This document shows positions 25,998-35,209 of a stretch of DNA of 64,000 nucleotides, piece after piece (the first letter of the stretch is position 1; every line of letters starts with the position of its first letter). The translations under genes and the position numbers were made by a program. This DNA is from Candidatus Latescibacterota bacterium (GTDB lineage: Bacteria; Latescibacterota; UBA2968; UBA8231), in assembly GCA_022820485.1 (NCBI GenBank), contig JAJEFJ010000104.1, forward strand, positions 52,968 through 116,967, in the 5' to 3' direction. Under the pieces are notes generated by a model. The model was not told the origin of the DNA. It saw nothing but the letters and a program-made list of their open reading frames with translations, and ran no database searches.

Positions 25998-27344
25998 ATG
26001 CTTAGCGCATTGCTCGCCGAGCGCGAGCGGCAAGGTAAACCCATCCGCGTCGGCATCATCGGCGCGGGAAAATTCGGCGGCGGGTTGGTCGCGCAGATCG
26101 CTCAGATGCAGGGCATGGTCGTCTCGGCCATTGCCGACATCGACCTAGCGCGCGCCCGTTACGCATACACAGCGGGGTACGGAGACGTTGCCGTTGGAAC
26201 GGCAGATAGCCCGCAGGCATTGTCAGAGGCCATTCACGCGGGAAAATTCACCGCCGTTGAAGACGGGCTGTTAGTCGCGCAGGCCGAGGGTTTGGACGTG
26301 GTAGTGGAAGCGACCGGCTCGACCTCGGTCGGAGCCAGCATGGCCAGCGCGGCAATCGCCAGCGGCAACCACCTCGTGATGGTCAACGTCGAAACGGACG
26401 TAACTATCGGCTCCCTACTCAAGCGCAAGGCCGACAGCGCAGGCGTGGTGTACTCCCTCGTCGATGGCGATCAGCCCGGAGTGACCATGAACATCATCGA
26501 ATGGGCGTGGTCTCTCGGCTTGGAGGTCGTGGCCGCAGGTCGCGGCACCATACTCTTCGCCGACGATCCCCAAGGCACACCCGACAACACAGCGGCACGC
26601 TTCGGGTTTGACGAAGAGACCTTGCAGCGGCGCAACATCAGCTTGAAGATGTACAACTCCTTCCGCGACGGCACCAAAGCCCAAGTCGAGGCCACGGCCA
26701 TCGCCAACATGGCCGGACTAGTCCCCGACATAAGAGGGATGCACGAACCGTCGTGCAATTTGGCGGACATTCCGCAAAAATTTAGCTTAGTAGAAGAAGG
26801 AGGGCTGCTGAGCCAGCGCGGAGTCATCGAGCTAGCCAACAGCGTCGCCGAGGACGGCAAGACCCAGCTCGCCAACCCGCTGGGCATGGGCGTCTTCGTC
26901 GTCGCCCGCAGCGAGCACCCCTTTACCGTCGAAGACCTCGCCACCTACGACCTGCATCCGGGCGGCGACGGCAAAAACTTCCTCCTCTACCGCCCCTATC
27001 ACTTGGTGGCAGTTGAAGCCCCAATCACCATCGCCAAAGTCGCGCTCTACGGCCTGCCAACCGGTGCTCCGCGCTCCGTACCCACCGCCGATGTAATCGC
27101 CGTAGCCAAGCGAGACCTCAAAGCCGGCGAGACCCTCGACGGAGGAGGAGGCTACACCGTATTGGGACAGAGCGAAAAGGCCACCGTGGCGCGCGAGGAA
27201 GGACTGTTGCCGTTAGGACTGTCAGGTGGGGCGGTGCTCAAACAAGACGTGCAGCAAGGCTACGCCATCGGCTACGCCATGGTCGATTTGCCAGATTCGC
27301 TCACGTTGCAACTGCGGCGCGAGCAGGACGCTATATGCGAATGA
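25998..27344 (+). CDS. NAD(P)-binding oxidoreductase with a C-terminal SAF domain (predicted homoserine-dehydrogenase-like, COG4091-type)
   Basis: The Rossmann motif is VGIIGAGKFGGG. The start is taken at ATG 25998 (MLSALLAER), preceded by AAGGAGG. The ORF-track start at 25881 adds an implausible Cys-rich extension. Confidence 0.6.
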   Translation: MLSALLAERERQGKPIRVGIIGAGKFGGGLVAQIAQMQGMVVSAIADIDLARARYAYTAGYGDVAVGTADSPQALSEAIHAGKFTAVEDGLLVAQAEGLDVVVEATGSTSVGASMASAAIASGNHLVMVNVETDVTIGSLLKRKADSAGVVYSLVDGDQPGVTMNIIEWAWSLGLEVVAAGRGTILFADDPQGTPDNTAARFGFDEETLQRRNISLKMYNSFRDGTKAQVEATAIANMAGLVPDIRGMHEPSCNLADIPQKFSLVEEGGLLSQRGVIELANSVAEDGKTQLANPLGMGVFVVARSEHPFTVEDLATYDLHPGGDGKNFLLYRPYHLVAVEAPITIAKVALYGLPTGAPRSVPTADVIAVAKRDLKAGETLDGGGGYTVLGQSEKATVAREEGLLPLGLSGGAVLKQDVQQGYAIGYAMVDLPDSLTLQLRREQDAICE

Positions 27345-27365
27345 ACTTGAAGCAAAGATTGGAAA

Positions 27366-27698
27366 ATGTCCGAATATCAAGAAGCTAAGAGAATAATCGT
27401 CTCTATCCTAGAACTCTCAAAAGACTCAATCCATATGCACGTAGGATTGATCGTGTTTTTTCTGGCTGTAGTCCTTTGGAAGAAAGGCTCAATTGAAGCG
27501 CGATGCTTGATCCCCGTCGTAATTGTAGCATCCTTGATGGAGATTCTCGATCTAAGATATGATTATGTCTCTCTCGGTTACTTTCGCCTGAATGCAATAA
27601 CTGCCAGCATACACGATTTAATCAATACGACGTTTTGGCCGGTGGTCATCGTAGTACTTGCTCGGATGGGCAAACTAAATAATGCTCGGAAGGCGTAA
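27366..27698 (+). CDS. Hypothetical small membrane protein (low GC)
   Basis: 110 aa with 2-3 predicted TM helices (LIVFFLAVVLW, IPVVIVASLMEIL, FWPVVIVVLA). It lies in the AT-rich islet at 27.35-28.33 kb. Confidence 0.35.
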   Translation: MSEYQEAKRIIVSILELSKDSIHMHVGLIVFFLAVVLWKKGSIEARCLIPVVIVASLMEILDLRYDYVSLGYFRLNAITASIHDLINTTFWPVVIVVLARMGKLNNARKA

Positions 27699-27778
27699 CA
27701 TCGCCCGTACTCCTTGAGACCGTCGCTGCAAAGACATATGATTTATGAATATATTTCTGGCAAAAAGGAGAGATAACC

Positions 27779-28123
27779 ATGCTCCAGATTAAAATTCACG
27801 CACCCGACCTTGAAAAAGAGATAAACGCCCTGATTGATGTGGGGCTTTATGCCGACTCGCAGGCGTTGCTGACCGATGCTCTTGAAAAATTGGTCACTAC
27901 GAAGAAGGAATCTCGCCTTGATGCCGCAATTTTACTCTATCAACACGATGAGGTAACGCTCTCTAGAGCGGCGGAATTGGCTGGAATCCACCGTTTTGAA
28001 TTTGAAGCGGGACTGGAAGCGAAAGGCATCTCGAAAACAGTCGAAGTCGATGAAGCCTTGCAAGCGGGCGTTTCGCGCATCAAGCGACAACAGCAATCAA
28101 ACGACAACACCAACGGGGCCTAG
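27779..28123 (+). CDS. UPF0175-family protein (antitoxin-like; usual partner is a DUF3368 PIN-like toxin)
   Basis: The typical UPF0175 pattern is present: MLQIKIHAPDLEKEI...LYQHDEVTLSRAAELAGIHRFEFEAGLEAKGI. No intact downstream partner is found. A 58-codon ORF tail (28128-28301) could be a toxin remnant. Confidence 0.55.
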   Translation: MLQIKIHAPDLEKEINALIDVGLYADSQALLTDALEKLVTTKKESRLDAAILLYQHDEVTLSRAAELAGIHRFEFEAGLEAKGISKTVEVDEALQAGVSRIKRQQQSNDNTNGA

Positions 28124-28351
28124 GTGTGGTTTTCATCACTGCCGGGAAAACGGGGTAGATTGCGTCAACCTAGCCGAAATTTTGCGTGCGCTATGGGAAC
28201 TTGGGATTTTGCCGCAAGCCGACGTGAGGAACATCATCACTGAGATCCGAACAAAAGACAACCTCGAATTTCGAACAACGGACTCGATTTTCAAATTTTA
28301 AAAAAAGGGGAAGGGCACGAGGCCCTTCCCCTTTTGCGCGTCTAAGGCTGG

Positions 28352-28813
28352 CTAGCCGGTCTTGACTTCGACCTGACGGACGACCTTTTTCGCCTCCTCC
28401 TTCTTGGGCAGGTGGAGGGTGAGGACGCCGTTTTTGAACTGGGCTTCGATAGCGTCGTCCTGCACGCCATCGGGCAGGTGGAAGGCGCGCTCGAAGCGGC
28501 CGTAGATGCGCTCCTGGCGGAAGTACTTGCCTTCCTTTTCCTCGCTAGCCGTGCTCTTTTCGCCCCGCAGCACGAGCGTTCCGTCATCAACGGTGATCTC
28601 GATGTCCTTCTCCTCCAACCCCGGCAGTTCGGCCGAGATTTCGAAGGAGGCGTCGTCTTCCTTGACGTCGATGCGCGGGCTGAAAGCCGCGTTGCCAGTC
28701 AAAACGGGCAGGCGCGAGTCCTCGCCAAAAAAGGCATCCACGAGGTTGTCGAACGGGCTGCGCCACGGGCGATGGCTGACGCGAGCGGTGGGTAGTAAAG
28801 TCTTGATGGCCAT
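28352..28813 (-). CDS. Hsp20/alpha-crystallin family small heat-shock protein
   Basis: It contains the alpha-crystallin domain (PRIDVKEDDASFEISAELPGLEEKDIEITVDDGTLVLRGEK...GVLTLHLPK). AAGGAG lies 8 nt upstream of the ATG at 28813. Confidence 0.85.
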   Translation of the reverse strand: MAIKTLLPTARVSHRPWRSPFDNLVDAFFGEDSRLPVLTGNAAFSPRIDVKEDDASFEISAELPGLEEKDIEITVDDGTLVLRGEKSTASEEKEGKYFRQERIYGRFERAFHLPDGVQDDAIEAQFKNGVLTLHLPKKEEAKKVVRQVEVKTG

Positions 28814-28866
28814 GATCTTTCTCCTTGTTAAGGGGTTGTTGGTTTGTCTGGCCTTCGCCCACTGTA

Positions 28867-28883
28867 TTGCAAAAGCCGTGCCA
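28867..28883 (-). promoter_or_regulatory. Sigma-54 (RpoN) -24/-12 promoter driving hsp20
   Basis: The minus strand reads TTGGCACGgcttTTGCA, a perfect match to TGGCAC-N5-TTGC(A/T). The GC element ends ~57 nt upstream of the hsp20 ATG. An AT-rich region that could bend DNA lies further upstream (28890-28950). Confidence 0.5.
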
Positions 28884-29078
28884 ACATGTTAAAATTTTAC
28901 ATATCTCGTTGTTATATATAGAGTTGAGATTTTTTCTTCCAAAAGGGGCATTGTCCGTATTGTCAGCACGGTCTGGAAAAATTGGCAGGCGTCATGCGAA
29001 ATTGGCTGAAGTTCGTGCCGTTATTGCACTATATTGTAGGGACAGGTCCCTGTTAATTTGGCAAGAGGAGTTAAGCAC

Positions 29079-29453
29079 ATGGGAACCTTTCAGGTCGAAC
29101 TGGAAATAGGTGATCCGCAAGGGCAGCACTTTGAGTCTGTTGATGCGCTGGTAGATTCCGGTGCGACCTACACCACGCTGCCTGAAGCCCTTCTGCGAAG
29201 ATTAGGAGTGGTCCCTCTCAGCAGAGCCAATTTTGTACTTGCCGACGGCAGCAGAATGGAGCGCGGAATCGGTCAAACTTGGATGAGATTAGAGGGTGAA
29301 GAATTCATAGTACCCGTCGTCTTTGGACCGGAAGCCACTCAGCCCCTGTTAGGAGCAGTAACTTTAGAGATTTTCCGGCTGGGGATAGACCCCGTAAGGC
29401 AACGGCTGATTCCCGTTGACGGGCTACTGTTGGTCAATAAGGAACCATTGTGA
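29079..29453 (+). CDS. Retropepsin-like aspartyl protease (clan AA) family protein
   Basis: The active-site motif is ALVDSGATYTTLP (D-S-G-A). The start is ATG 29079, with AGGAG 8 nt upstream. The ORF-track start at 29058 lacks an RBS. Confidence 0.6.
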   Translation: MGTFQVELEIGDPQGQHFESVDALVDSGATYTTLPEALLRRLGVVPLSRANFVLADGSRMERGIGQTWMRLEGEEFIVPVVFGPEATQPLLGAVTLEIFRLGIDPVRQRLIPVDGLLLVNKEPL

Positions 29454-30799
29454 TCGACTGGGAAGCTGTGCGCGCCGAAGTAACCGGGTATTTGCAGGCC
29501 CTCATCCGCATCGACACCACCAACCCCCCGGGCAACGAAAGCAAAGCCGCGTGCTATCTAGAAGGAATACTGCGGCAGGAGGGCTTTGATCCCCTCTTCG
29601 TCGAGTCCGCACCCGAGCGAGGCAACGTCCTCGCACGGCTGCCCGGCGGCGACGAACCACCGCTCATGCTCTTGGGACATACCGACGTGGTAGCCGCCGA
29701 GCCGGAGCACTGGACCCACCCGCCCTTTTCCGGCGCACTAGCCGACGGCTGCGTGTGGGGACGAGGCGCGTTGGATATGAAGAACATGGTCGCAACGAAT
29801 CTAATGGTGTTACTCCTGTTGCAACGGGGAGGCGTCCAACTCAACCGCGACATCGTCTTCGCCGCCACTGCCGACGAGGAGGCTGGCAAGGGCAACCACG
29901 GGCCGGGGTGGATCATCGACAATCGACCCGAACTGTGGGACGCGCCCTTGATCATCACCGAAGGCGGCGGCAGCGACTTCGCAGTCGGCGAGCAGCGGTT
30001 TTACACCTGCCAGACCGGGCAAAAGGGACTGTGCCGGTTGCGCCTGATCGCCCGCGGAACCCCCGGGCACGGCTCCATGCCGCACGGCGACAACGCAATC
30101 GTCAAACTGTCCAAAGCCCTCGCTGGCTTGGAAGGAGCCGTATTTCCCGCACACGTATCCGCGAGCGTGCGCCGCTTTGTCGAGGGAATTGCCAGCCGCC
30201 GTCCAGCCGCCGAAGCCGCCCTGTGGCAACAAGTGCTCGATCCAACGACCTCGGATGCCGCACTGCGCGACCTGCCCATCGGCAACACCTTGCGCCGCGA
30301 GTTGGGCGCAGTGCTGCACAACACGGCCTCGGCGACCATGGTGCAGGCTGGTTCCAAGATCAACGTAATTCCGGGAGAGGCAACAGCTTGGATTGATGGG
30401 CGCTTAGTGCCCGGTCAGACGGCCGAGAGCTTCGCGGCCGAGTTGCGTGCATTTGTCGGCGAAGAGGTCGCCATTGAGATCGATCAGTACACGCCGCCGT
30501 TGGAGGCATCGTCCGATACCCCGCTTTTTCAGACGATCGTCGAGGTGATGCAAGAGCGCGAGCCAGACGCGCCAGTACTCCCCTATCTGATGCCAGCCGG
30601 CACCGACGCCAAGCACATTGTGCCGCGCCGTCCCGAGACCCAGATCTACGGCTTTATGCCCTATCGCCAGCAGCCGGGCGAGGAGGAAATGGCCCTGATC
30701 CACGGCCACGATGAGCGCACCCCCGTGAAAGAACTACTCTTTGCAACGCAGGTGCTCTACGAAATCGTCTGTCGCTTTGGAGGGATGGAGGACTGCTAG
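29450..30799 (+). CDS. M20-family metallopeptidase (ArgE/DapE/CPG2-like)
   Basis: Conserved motifs HTDVV (metal ligand), GRGALDMK and ADEE are present, with a C-terminal HGHDE. 449 aa. Confidence 0.8.
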   Translation: MIDWEAVRAEVTGYLQALIRIDTTNPPGNESKAACYLEGILRQEGFDPLFVESAPERGNVLARLPGGDEPPLMLLGHTDVVAAEPEHWTHPPFSGALADGCVWGRGALDMKNMVATNLMVLLLLQRGGVQLNRDIVFAATADEEAGKGNHGPGWIIDNRPELWDAPLIITEGGGSDFAVGEQRFYTCQTGQKGLCRLRLIARGTPGHGSMPHGDNAIVKLSKALAGLEGAVFPAHVSASVRRFVEGIASRRPAAEAALWQQVLDPTTSDAALRDLPIGNTLRRELGAVLHNTASATMVQAGSKINVIPGEATAWIDGRLVPGQTAESFAAELRAFVGEEVAIEIDQYTPPLEASSDTPLFQTIVEVMQEREPDAPVLPYLMPAGTDAKHIVPRRPETQIYGFMPYRQQPGEEEMALIHGHDERTPVKELLFATQVLYEIVCRFGGMEDC

Positions 30800-30858
30800 C
30801 TTGAATTGACGACTACGACAGTAGGGGCGGTTCGCGAACCGCCCCTACTAGAACGTCG

Positions 30859-31358
30859 TTAGCTCGAATCGACGACCGCGACGCCATCGTCGATTTCGAG
30901 AACCAAAACCTTATCGCCGGGGTTGAGGGGGTCTTGGGCGTTGGCCCGGCGCGCCAACAGTTCGATGGTGCGGCCTTGGACGGTAGCGGAAATTTTGCCA
31001 GTGCTGCCACTGGCGATGGGGACGGTGACTTCAGCTTCGAGGCCGATCAAGTCGTCACCCGCCAGCGAACTGTCGGCGCTTGATCCGCTCAATCGGCCCA
31101 GCATCCAGTCGCCCACAAAGGCGCAGACCACACCGCTACCCAGCGCCGTAAACAACGCAGCACTCGGGTCCATCAGCAGGCTGCCGAGCATCCCGGCCAA
31201 ACCAAAGAAGAAGGCAAAAAAGAAGAACAGCCGCAGCCGCAAAACAGCCAGCGCTTGCAGGCCGTCGCCCACACCATCGCCGTCCCCGCCAAACAGCGAG
31301 GCCCCAACGGCGATCCCCCCAACGATCAGCCCGCTCAAGTACAGATAAAAGAGATCCA
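30859..31358 (-). CDS. NfeD-like membrane protein (C-terminal OB-fold), flotillin-associated
   Basis: The GTG start at 31358 (VDLFYLYLSGLIVGG...) lies 3 nt after the flotillin stop. It has TM helices and then a C-terminal beta-rich segment (TVQGRTIELLARRANAQDPLNPGDKVLVLEIDDGVAVV). The ORF-track start at 31542 overlaps the flotillin gene. Confidence 0.55.
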
Positions 31359-31360
31359 CG

Positions 31361-32641
31361 CTACCCTGCCTGCGGCGGAACCTGCCCGTCGGTCTTGTCG
31401 GCGATGACCGAGGCCAGATCGACGCCAGTGGTAGCCTTGATGCTCTCGAAGAGCGCAGGAGCCAGCGTCCCGATTTGATTGACGACCGCCGGCAGACCGC
31501 TCTGACCGCCATTGCCAGAATCGACGACGGCGAGGTGATCAATTTTGATGTCCTTGGCCATGGCGGTGATTTGCTCGACTAAGCTCGGCAGCATCTGGAT
31601 CAACAACAGCTCCTTGCCATTGGGGCCGGCGATAGTCCAGACCTCGTTCTTCTGCTTGAGGACCTCAATCTCGGCGAGACCGTTTTCGAGGATGTTGGCC
31701 GCCTCGCCCTTGGCGCGCAGTTCGGCCGCGTCGCGGTCGGCGCGGGCCGGCTCAATGACCTCAATCTCCAACTGGCGTCTCTGCAGCGCCAAGCGCTCCT
31801 GTTCGACCTCCTGCTCAGCCTGGACTTCGGCTTTGCGGGCGACCTGCGCGGCGCGTTTCTCCGCGGCCAAGCCCTCGCCTTCCAAATCGGCAGTGCGAAC
31901 TCGGAGCGTGTTTTGCGCATCGACGATTTCCACCTGCGCCTCGGCGTCGGCGACCTCGCCGCGGCGACGGGCCTCGGCGGATTTCTCCTGTGATTCGGCG
32001 CGGTTTTCAGCCTCGGCGATTTCGGCTTCCTTGAGGACTGCGGCCGTGCTCTTGCGGCCGATAGCGTCGAGATAGCCAACATCGTCGGAGACGTTCTGGA
32101 TTTTGAGCGTGTCGAGCACGAGGCCCAGCTTCTGCAGATCGACATCCGCCTCGCCGATGAGCGATTGGGCGAATTTGAGGCGATCCTCGTTGACCTCTTC
32201 GGGGGTCAGCGTGGCGAGGACGCCGCGCAGGTTGCCTTCGAGCGTATCTTTGGCAATGTCTTGGACTTCGGCGAGCGCGATGCCCAAGAATCGCTCTAGC
32301 GCGTTGCCGAGCAGCGGCTCGTCGCCGGCGATCTTGATATTGGCGATGCCTTGCACCGACAGCGGGATGCCGCCTTTGGAGTACGCATTATTGATCGATA
32401 CTTCGAGGGGAATCGTGCGCAAGTCGAGGCGATCGACCTTTTCGAGGAGCGGGATGCGAAAGGCGCGGCCCCCCTTAATCACGCGGTACCCCACCGCGCG
32501 ACCGTCGGCCGTCTGGCGTTTGCGGCCCGAGAAGATGATGACCTCGTTGGGCTGGCAGATAAAGAGGTTCAGCCGGACGATGCTGATCACCACGACCAGC
32601 AACACCGCGAAAACTAGGGCGAAGGTAAAAAACATTTCCAT
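31361..32641 (-). CDS. SPFH/band-7 flotillin-like protein
   Basis: It has an N-terminal TM anchor, then the SPFH domain, then a long Ala/Glu-rich coiled coil (AEAENRAESQEKSAEARRRGE...), a flotillin-type architecture. Confidence 0.75.
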   Translation of the reverse strand: MEMFFTFALVFAVLLVVVISIVRLNLFICQPNEVIIFSGRKRQTADGRAVGYRVIKGGRAFRIPLLEKVDRLDLRTIPLEVSINNAYSKGGIPLSVQGIANIKIAGDEPLLGNALERFLGIALAEVQDIAKDTLEGNLRGVLATLTPEEVNEDRLKFAQSLIGEADVDLQKLGLVLDTLKIQNVSDDVGYLDAIGRKSTAAVLKEAEIAEAENRAESQEKSAEARRRGEVADAEAQVEIVDAQNTLRVRTADLEGEGLAAEKRAAQVARKAEVQAEQEVEQERLALQRRQLEIEVIEPARADRDAAELRAKGEAANILENGLAEIEVLKQKNEVWTIAGPNGKELLLIQMLPSLVEQITAMAKDIKIDHLAVVDSGNGGQSGLPAVVNQIGTLAPALFESIKATTGVDLASVIADKTDGQVPPQAG

Positions 32642-32716
32642 ATAGCACCTCCTGAGGCGTTTGCGGCGTAATATACGGAAAGAAACCGCTAAACCCTACG
32701 AAGTTTCCTCGCCCAT

Positions 32717-34177
32717 TCAATACGCCCCCTTAATCCGCCCAAACCACCCGCGCAACGGGTCGCCCAATTCCTCCATGTAGCGATTCATCCGCCCCATCAG
32801 GTCTTGGCGCACGGCCTCGTACGCCGGATCGCCATACACGTTGTCGAGCTGATAGGGATCGCGTTGCAAATCGTACAACTCGCCCGGGTCGCCCGAATTA
32901 AAGGTAAACTGATGGGTACGGGTGCGGACCATGCGCTGGTTGACGACTGTAAAATGGCGGTCGAACACGCAGTACACTTCCTCGCGGCCGTTCGCAAACG
33001 GGCGTCCTTCGATGGCCGGGAGAAAGGACTGCCCGTCGAGATCGGCGGGAACTTCAAGACCAGCGGCGTCGAGCGACGAGAGCATGATTTCGTGCAAATA
33101 GACGAACTCGTCGCAGGCCGTGCCGGGAGCTTGGCAGTCGGGATGGGCAATGACGAGCGGAATGCGGTAGATCTCGTCGTACATAAACTCGCCCTTCTCG
33201 ATCAACTTGTGCGCGCCGAGACAATCGCCGTGGTCTGAGGTATAGACAATAATGGTGTCGTCGAGAACTCCCAGTCGTTCCAAGTGAGCCACCACCCGAC
33301 CCACCATGTCGTCAATCAGCGTGCAATGCCCAAAGTAGCGCGCGGCGATTTCCTGAAACCCCTCCCAGCCGTAGTCGCCCAATCCCCATAGCTTTTCGAT
33401 TAACTGCTGACGATAGGGCTTTTTCTCAAACGTCTCGGCGTACCCCGGATGTTCGGGAATGGCCTTTGGATCGTACATAGAAAAGTACGGCTCCGGCACC
33501 AGCGACGGACTGTGCGGCCCCCAAAAGTTGGCCCACAAGAAGAAGGGCTGCTCATCGGTAGCCACTTCGTCGAGCACGCGAATGGCTTCCTTGGCGACGA
33601 AATACTCAATGCACGACTCGACCGGCCCCTCGTGCAATGCGAACATCTCCTGAGCCTGATTCGAGGGATTGGTGCCGACAAAGCGGTGCGACACCGTCGG
33701 CGGCGGGTCAAAGCCGCACTCCTTGAGATAGTCGGCATACGGGTTGTGTCCGCGTGGTTTAGCCCCGAACTGCAAACCGGGCAACAGGCCAGACCCCGGA
33801 AAGGCATAGCCCATAAAATCCTGTCCCGCGAACCCGTAGCCCGTCGGGCCAGTCTGCTCATCCACGTGCCACTTGCCGGCGTACCCGCAGCGATAGCCGA
33901 CCTCGTCCAGATAGTGATTTAACCCGCGCACGCCCTCGCGCAAACACAGGCCATTGGCCGTAACCCCGTGCTTGTGCGGATAGAGGCCCGTGTGAAAGGA
34001 AGCGCGGGCCGGTGAGCAGATCGCAGTCGGCGTAAACGCCGAGTCAAAGCGAACGCCACGCGCAGCCAAGGCGTCGATGTGCGGCGTCAGGCACACCTCG
34101 TTCAACCCGTAGCAACTCACCGTGTCGAGCCGCTGCTGATCGGACATCAGGACGACGACATTAGGTTGCTTAGCCAT
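32717..34177 (-). CDS. Sulfatase (arylsulfatase family; formylglycine-dependent)
   Basis: The motif is CSPARASFHTG (C-x-P-x-R), with VVVLMSDQQR at the N-terminus and GKWH. 486 aa. Confidence 0.8.
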   Translation of the reverse strand: MAKQPNVVVLMSDQQRLDTVSCYGLNEVCLTPHIDALAARGVRFDSAFTPTAICSPARASFHTGLYPHKHGVTANGLCLREGVRGLNHYLDEVGYRCGYAGKWHVDEQTGPTGYGFAGQDFMGYAFPGSGLLPGLQFGAKPRGHNPYADYLKECGFDPPPTVSHRFVGTNPSNQAQEMFALHEGPVESCIEYFVAKEAIRVLDEVATDEQPFFLWANFWGPHSPSLVPEPYFSMYDPKAIPEHPGYAETFEKKPYRQQLIEKLWGLGDYGWEGFQEIAARYFGHCTLIDDMVGRVVAHLERLGVLDDTIIVYTSDHGDCLGAHKLIEKGEFMYDEIYRIPLVIAHPDCQAPGTACDEFVYLHEIMLSSLDAAGLEVPADLDGQSFLPAIEGRPFANGREEVYCVFDRHFTVVNQRMVRTRTHQFTFNSGDPGELYDLQRDPYQLDNVYGDPAYEAVRQDLMGRMNRYMEELGDPLRGWFGRIKGAY

Positions 34178-34178
34178 G

Positions 34179-35195
34179 TTAGCGCTCCCTCGGCTGAGCT
34201 CGGGACTTCGGCGAGCTCAGTCGAGTCGTCGAAGCCTCGCTCCGCAAATCCAGCCACGCCATCTCCGCCTCAGTGAGCGGATTGTCGAGAGCCTGCTCAT
34301 TGGCCGCGATCTCATCGCCGCTCATGCTGCCGACCAAGGCGTAGATGTCGAGCGGATAGCTGAGCACGTACGACAAGGCTACCTGCGGCACTGACAGCCC
34401 TTTTTCTTCCGCCAGTGCCCACGCGCGGTCGAGCCGTGTGAAGTTGTCCTCGCAGTAGTACGATTTGGGCATAGTGCCGTCGAATTGGTCGCGCACTTGC
34501 TCGGCGTTGGCGCGGGTGACTTTGCCTGAGAAGAAACCGCGGGCCACGCTAGACCAAGTAAAAAGCGGCATATCGTTTTCGGCGTACCATTCGCGGGCGG
34601 CAGCTTGGCCGGGCCCCGCAATCGACAGGCAATCCTTCCACGGCTCGGCGATCTGATCCGCCAAGCTAAAGTTCGGGCTGGAGGCGGCGAACGGCACGAG
34701 CCCGCGTTTGTCTGCGTATTCATTGGCCTCGGCCAAGCGCTCCGGCGTCCAATTCGAGCCGCCAAAAGCGTGGATGCGGCCAGCCGCGTGATGCTCATTG
34801 AGCGCCTCGACGATGGGGCCGACCGGGACCGCCGGATCGTCGCGGTGCAGCAGGTAGAGGTCGATGTAGTCGGAGCGCAGGCGCACGAGCGAGTCGGCCA
34901 TGTCCGAGGCGATGTCGTAGGGGGTGACGCGGTTGCGGTCTTGGTTGAGATGGGCGCCCTTGCCGATGATGACGATTTCATCGCGATTGCCCCTTGCCTC
35001 CATCCACAGCCCCAGCATGCGATCCACTTCCCCGCCGCCGTAGCCGTGAGCCGAATCGTAGGTCGTGATGCCGGCCTGCCAAGCAGCGTCGAGCAGAGCA
35101 AAGCCTTCTTCCTTGTTACTGCGATTGAGCATGATGGAGCCTTGAACTATGCGCGAGATTTTCTTTTCGATGCCTTGTACGTTGCCGTATTGCAC
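34179..35195 (-). CDS. Aldo/keto reductase
   Basis: AKR landmarks are present (DSAHGYGGGE, IIGKGAHL, YLLHRDDP...). The C-terminal tail ...[17 protein letters not shown] is atypical. It is encoded by a 23-bp segment identical to 9428-9450. Confidence 0.8.
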   Translation of the reverse strand: MQYGNVQGIEKKISRIVQGSIMLNRSNKEEGFALLDAAWQAGITTYDSAHGYGGGEVDRMLGLWMEARGNRDEIVIIGKGAHLNQDRNRVTPYDIASDMADSLVRLRSDYIDLYLLHRDDPAVPVGPIVEALNEHHAAGRIHAFGGSNWTPERLAEANEYADKRGLVPFAASSPNFSLADQIAEPWKDCLSIAGPGQAAAREWYAENDMPLFTWSSVARGFFSGKVTRANAEQVRDQFDGTMPKSYYCEDNFTRLDRAWALAEEKGLSVPQVALSYVLSYPLDIYALVGSMSGDEIAANEQALDNPLTEAEMAWLDLRSEASTTRLSSPKSRAQPRER

Positions 35196-35209
35196 GAGTG
35201 CGTTCCTTT

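Noticed and set aside
28128-28301. Intact PIN/DUF3368 toxin downstream of the UPF0175 gene
   Set aside because: Only 58 codons are open. That is too short for a PIN domain, and the expected N-terminal acidic residues are missing. It is treated as a remnant at most.
28814-29078. CIRCE/HrcA or sigma-32 heat-shock elements upstream of hsp20
   Set aside because: No TTAGCACTC-N9-GAGTGCTAA inverted repeat and no CTTGAAA...CCCCAT-like promoter were found. A sigma-54 element fits instead.
31545-32145. ORFs on both strands overlapping the flotillin gene (31545-32075+, 31600-32145-)
   Set aside because: They are artefacts of the Ala/Glu-rich coiled-coil coding region and its low-complexity complement. 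The flotillin frame carries the SPFH domain.
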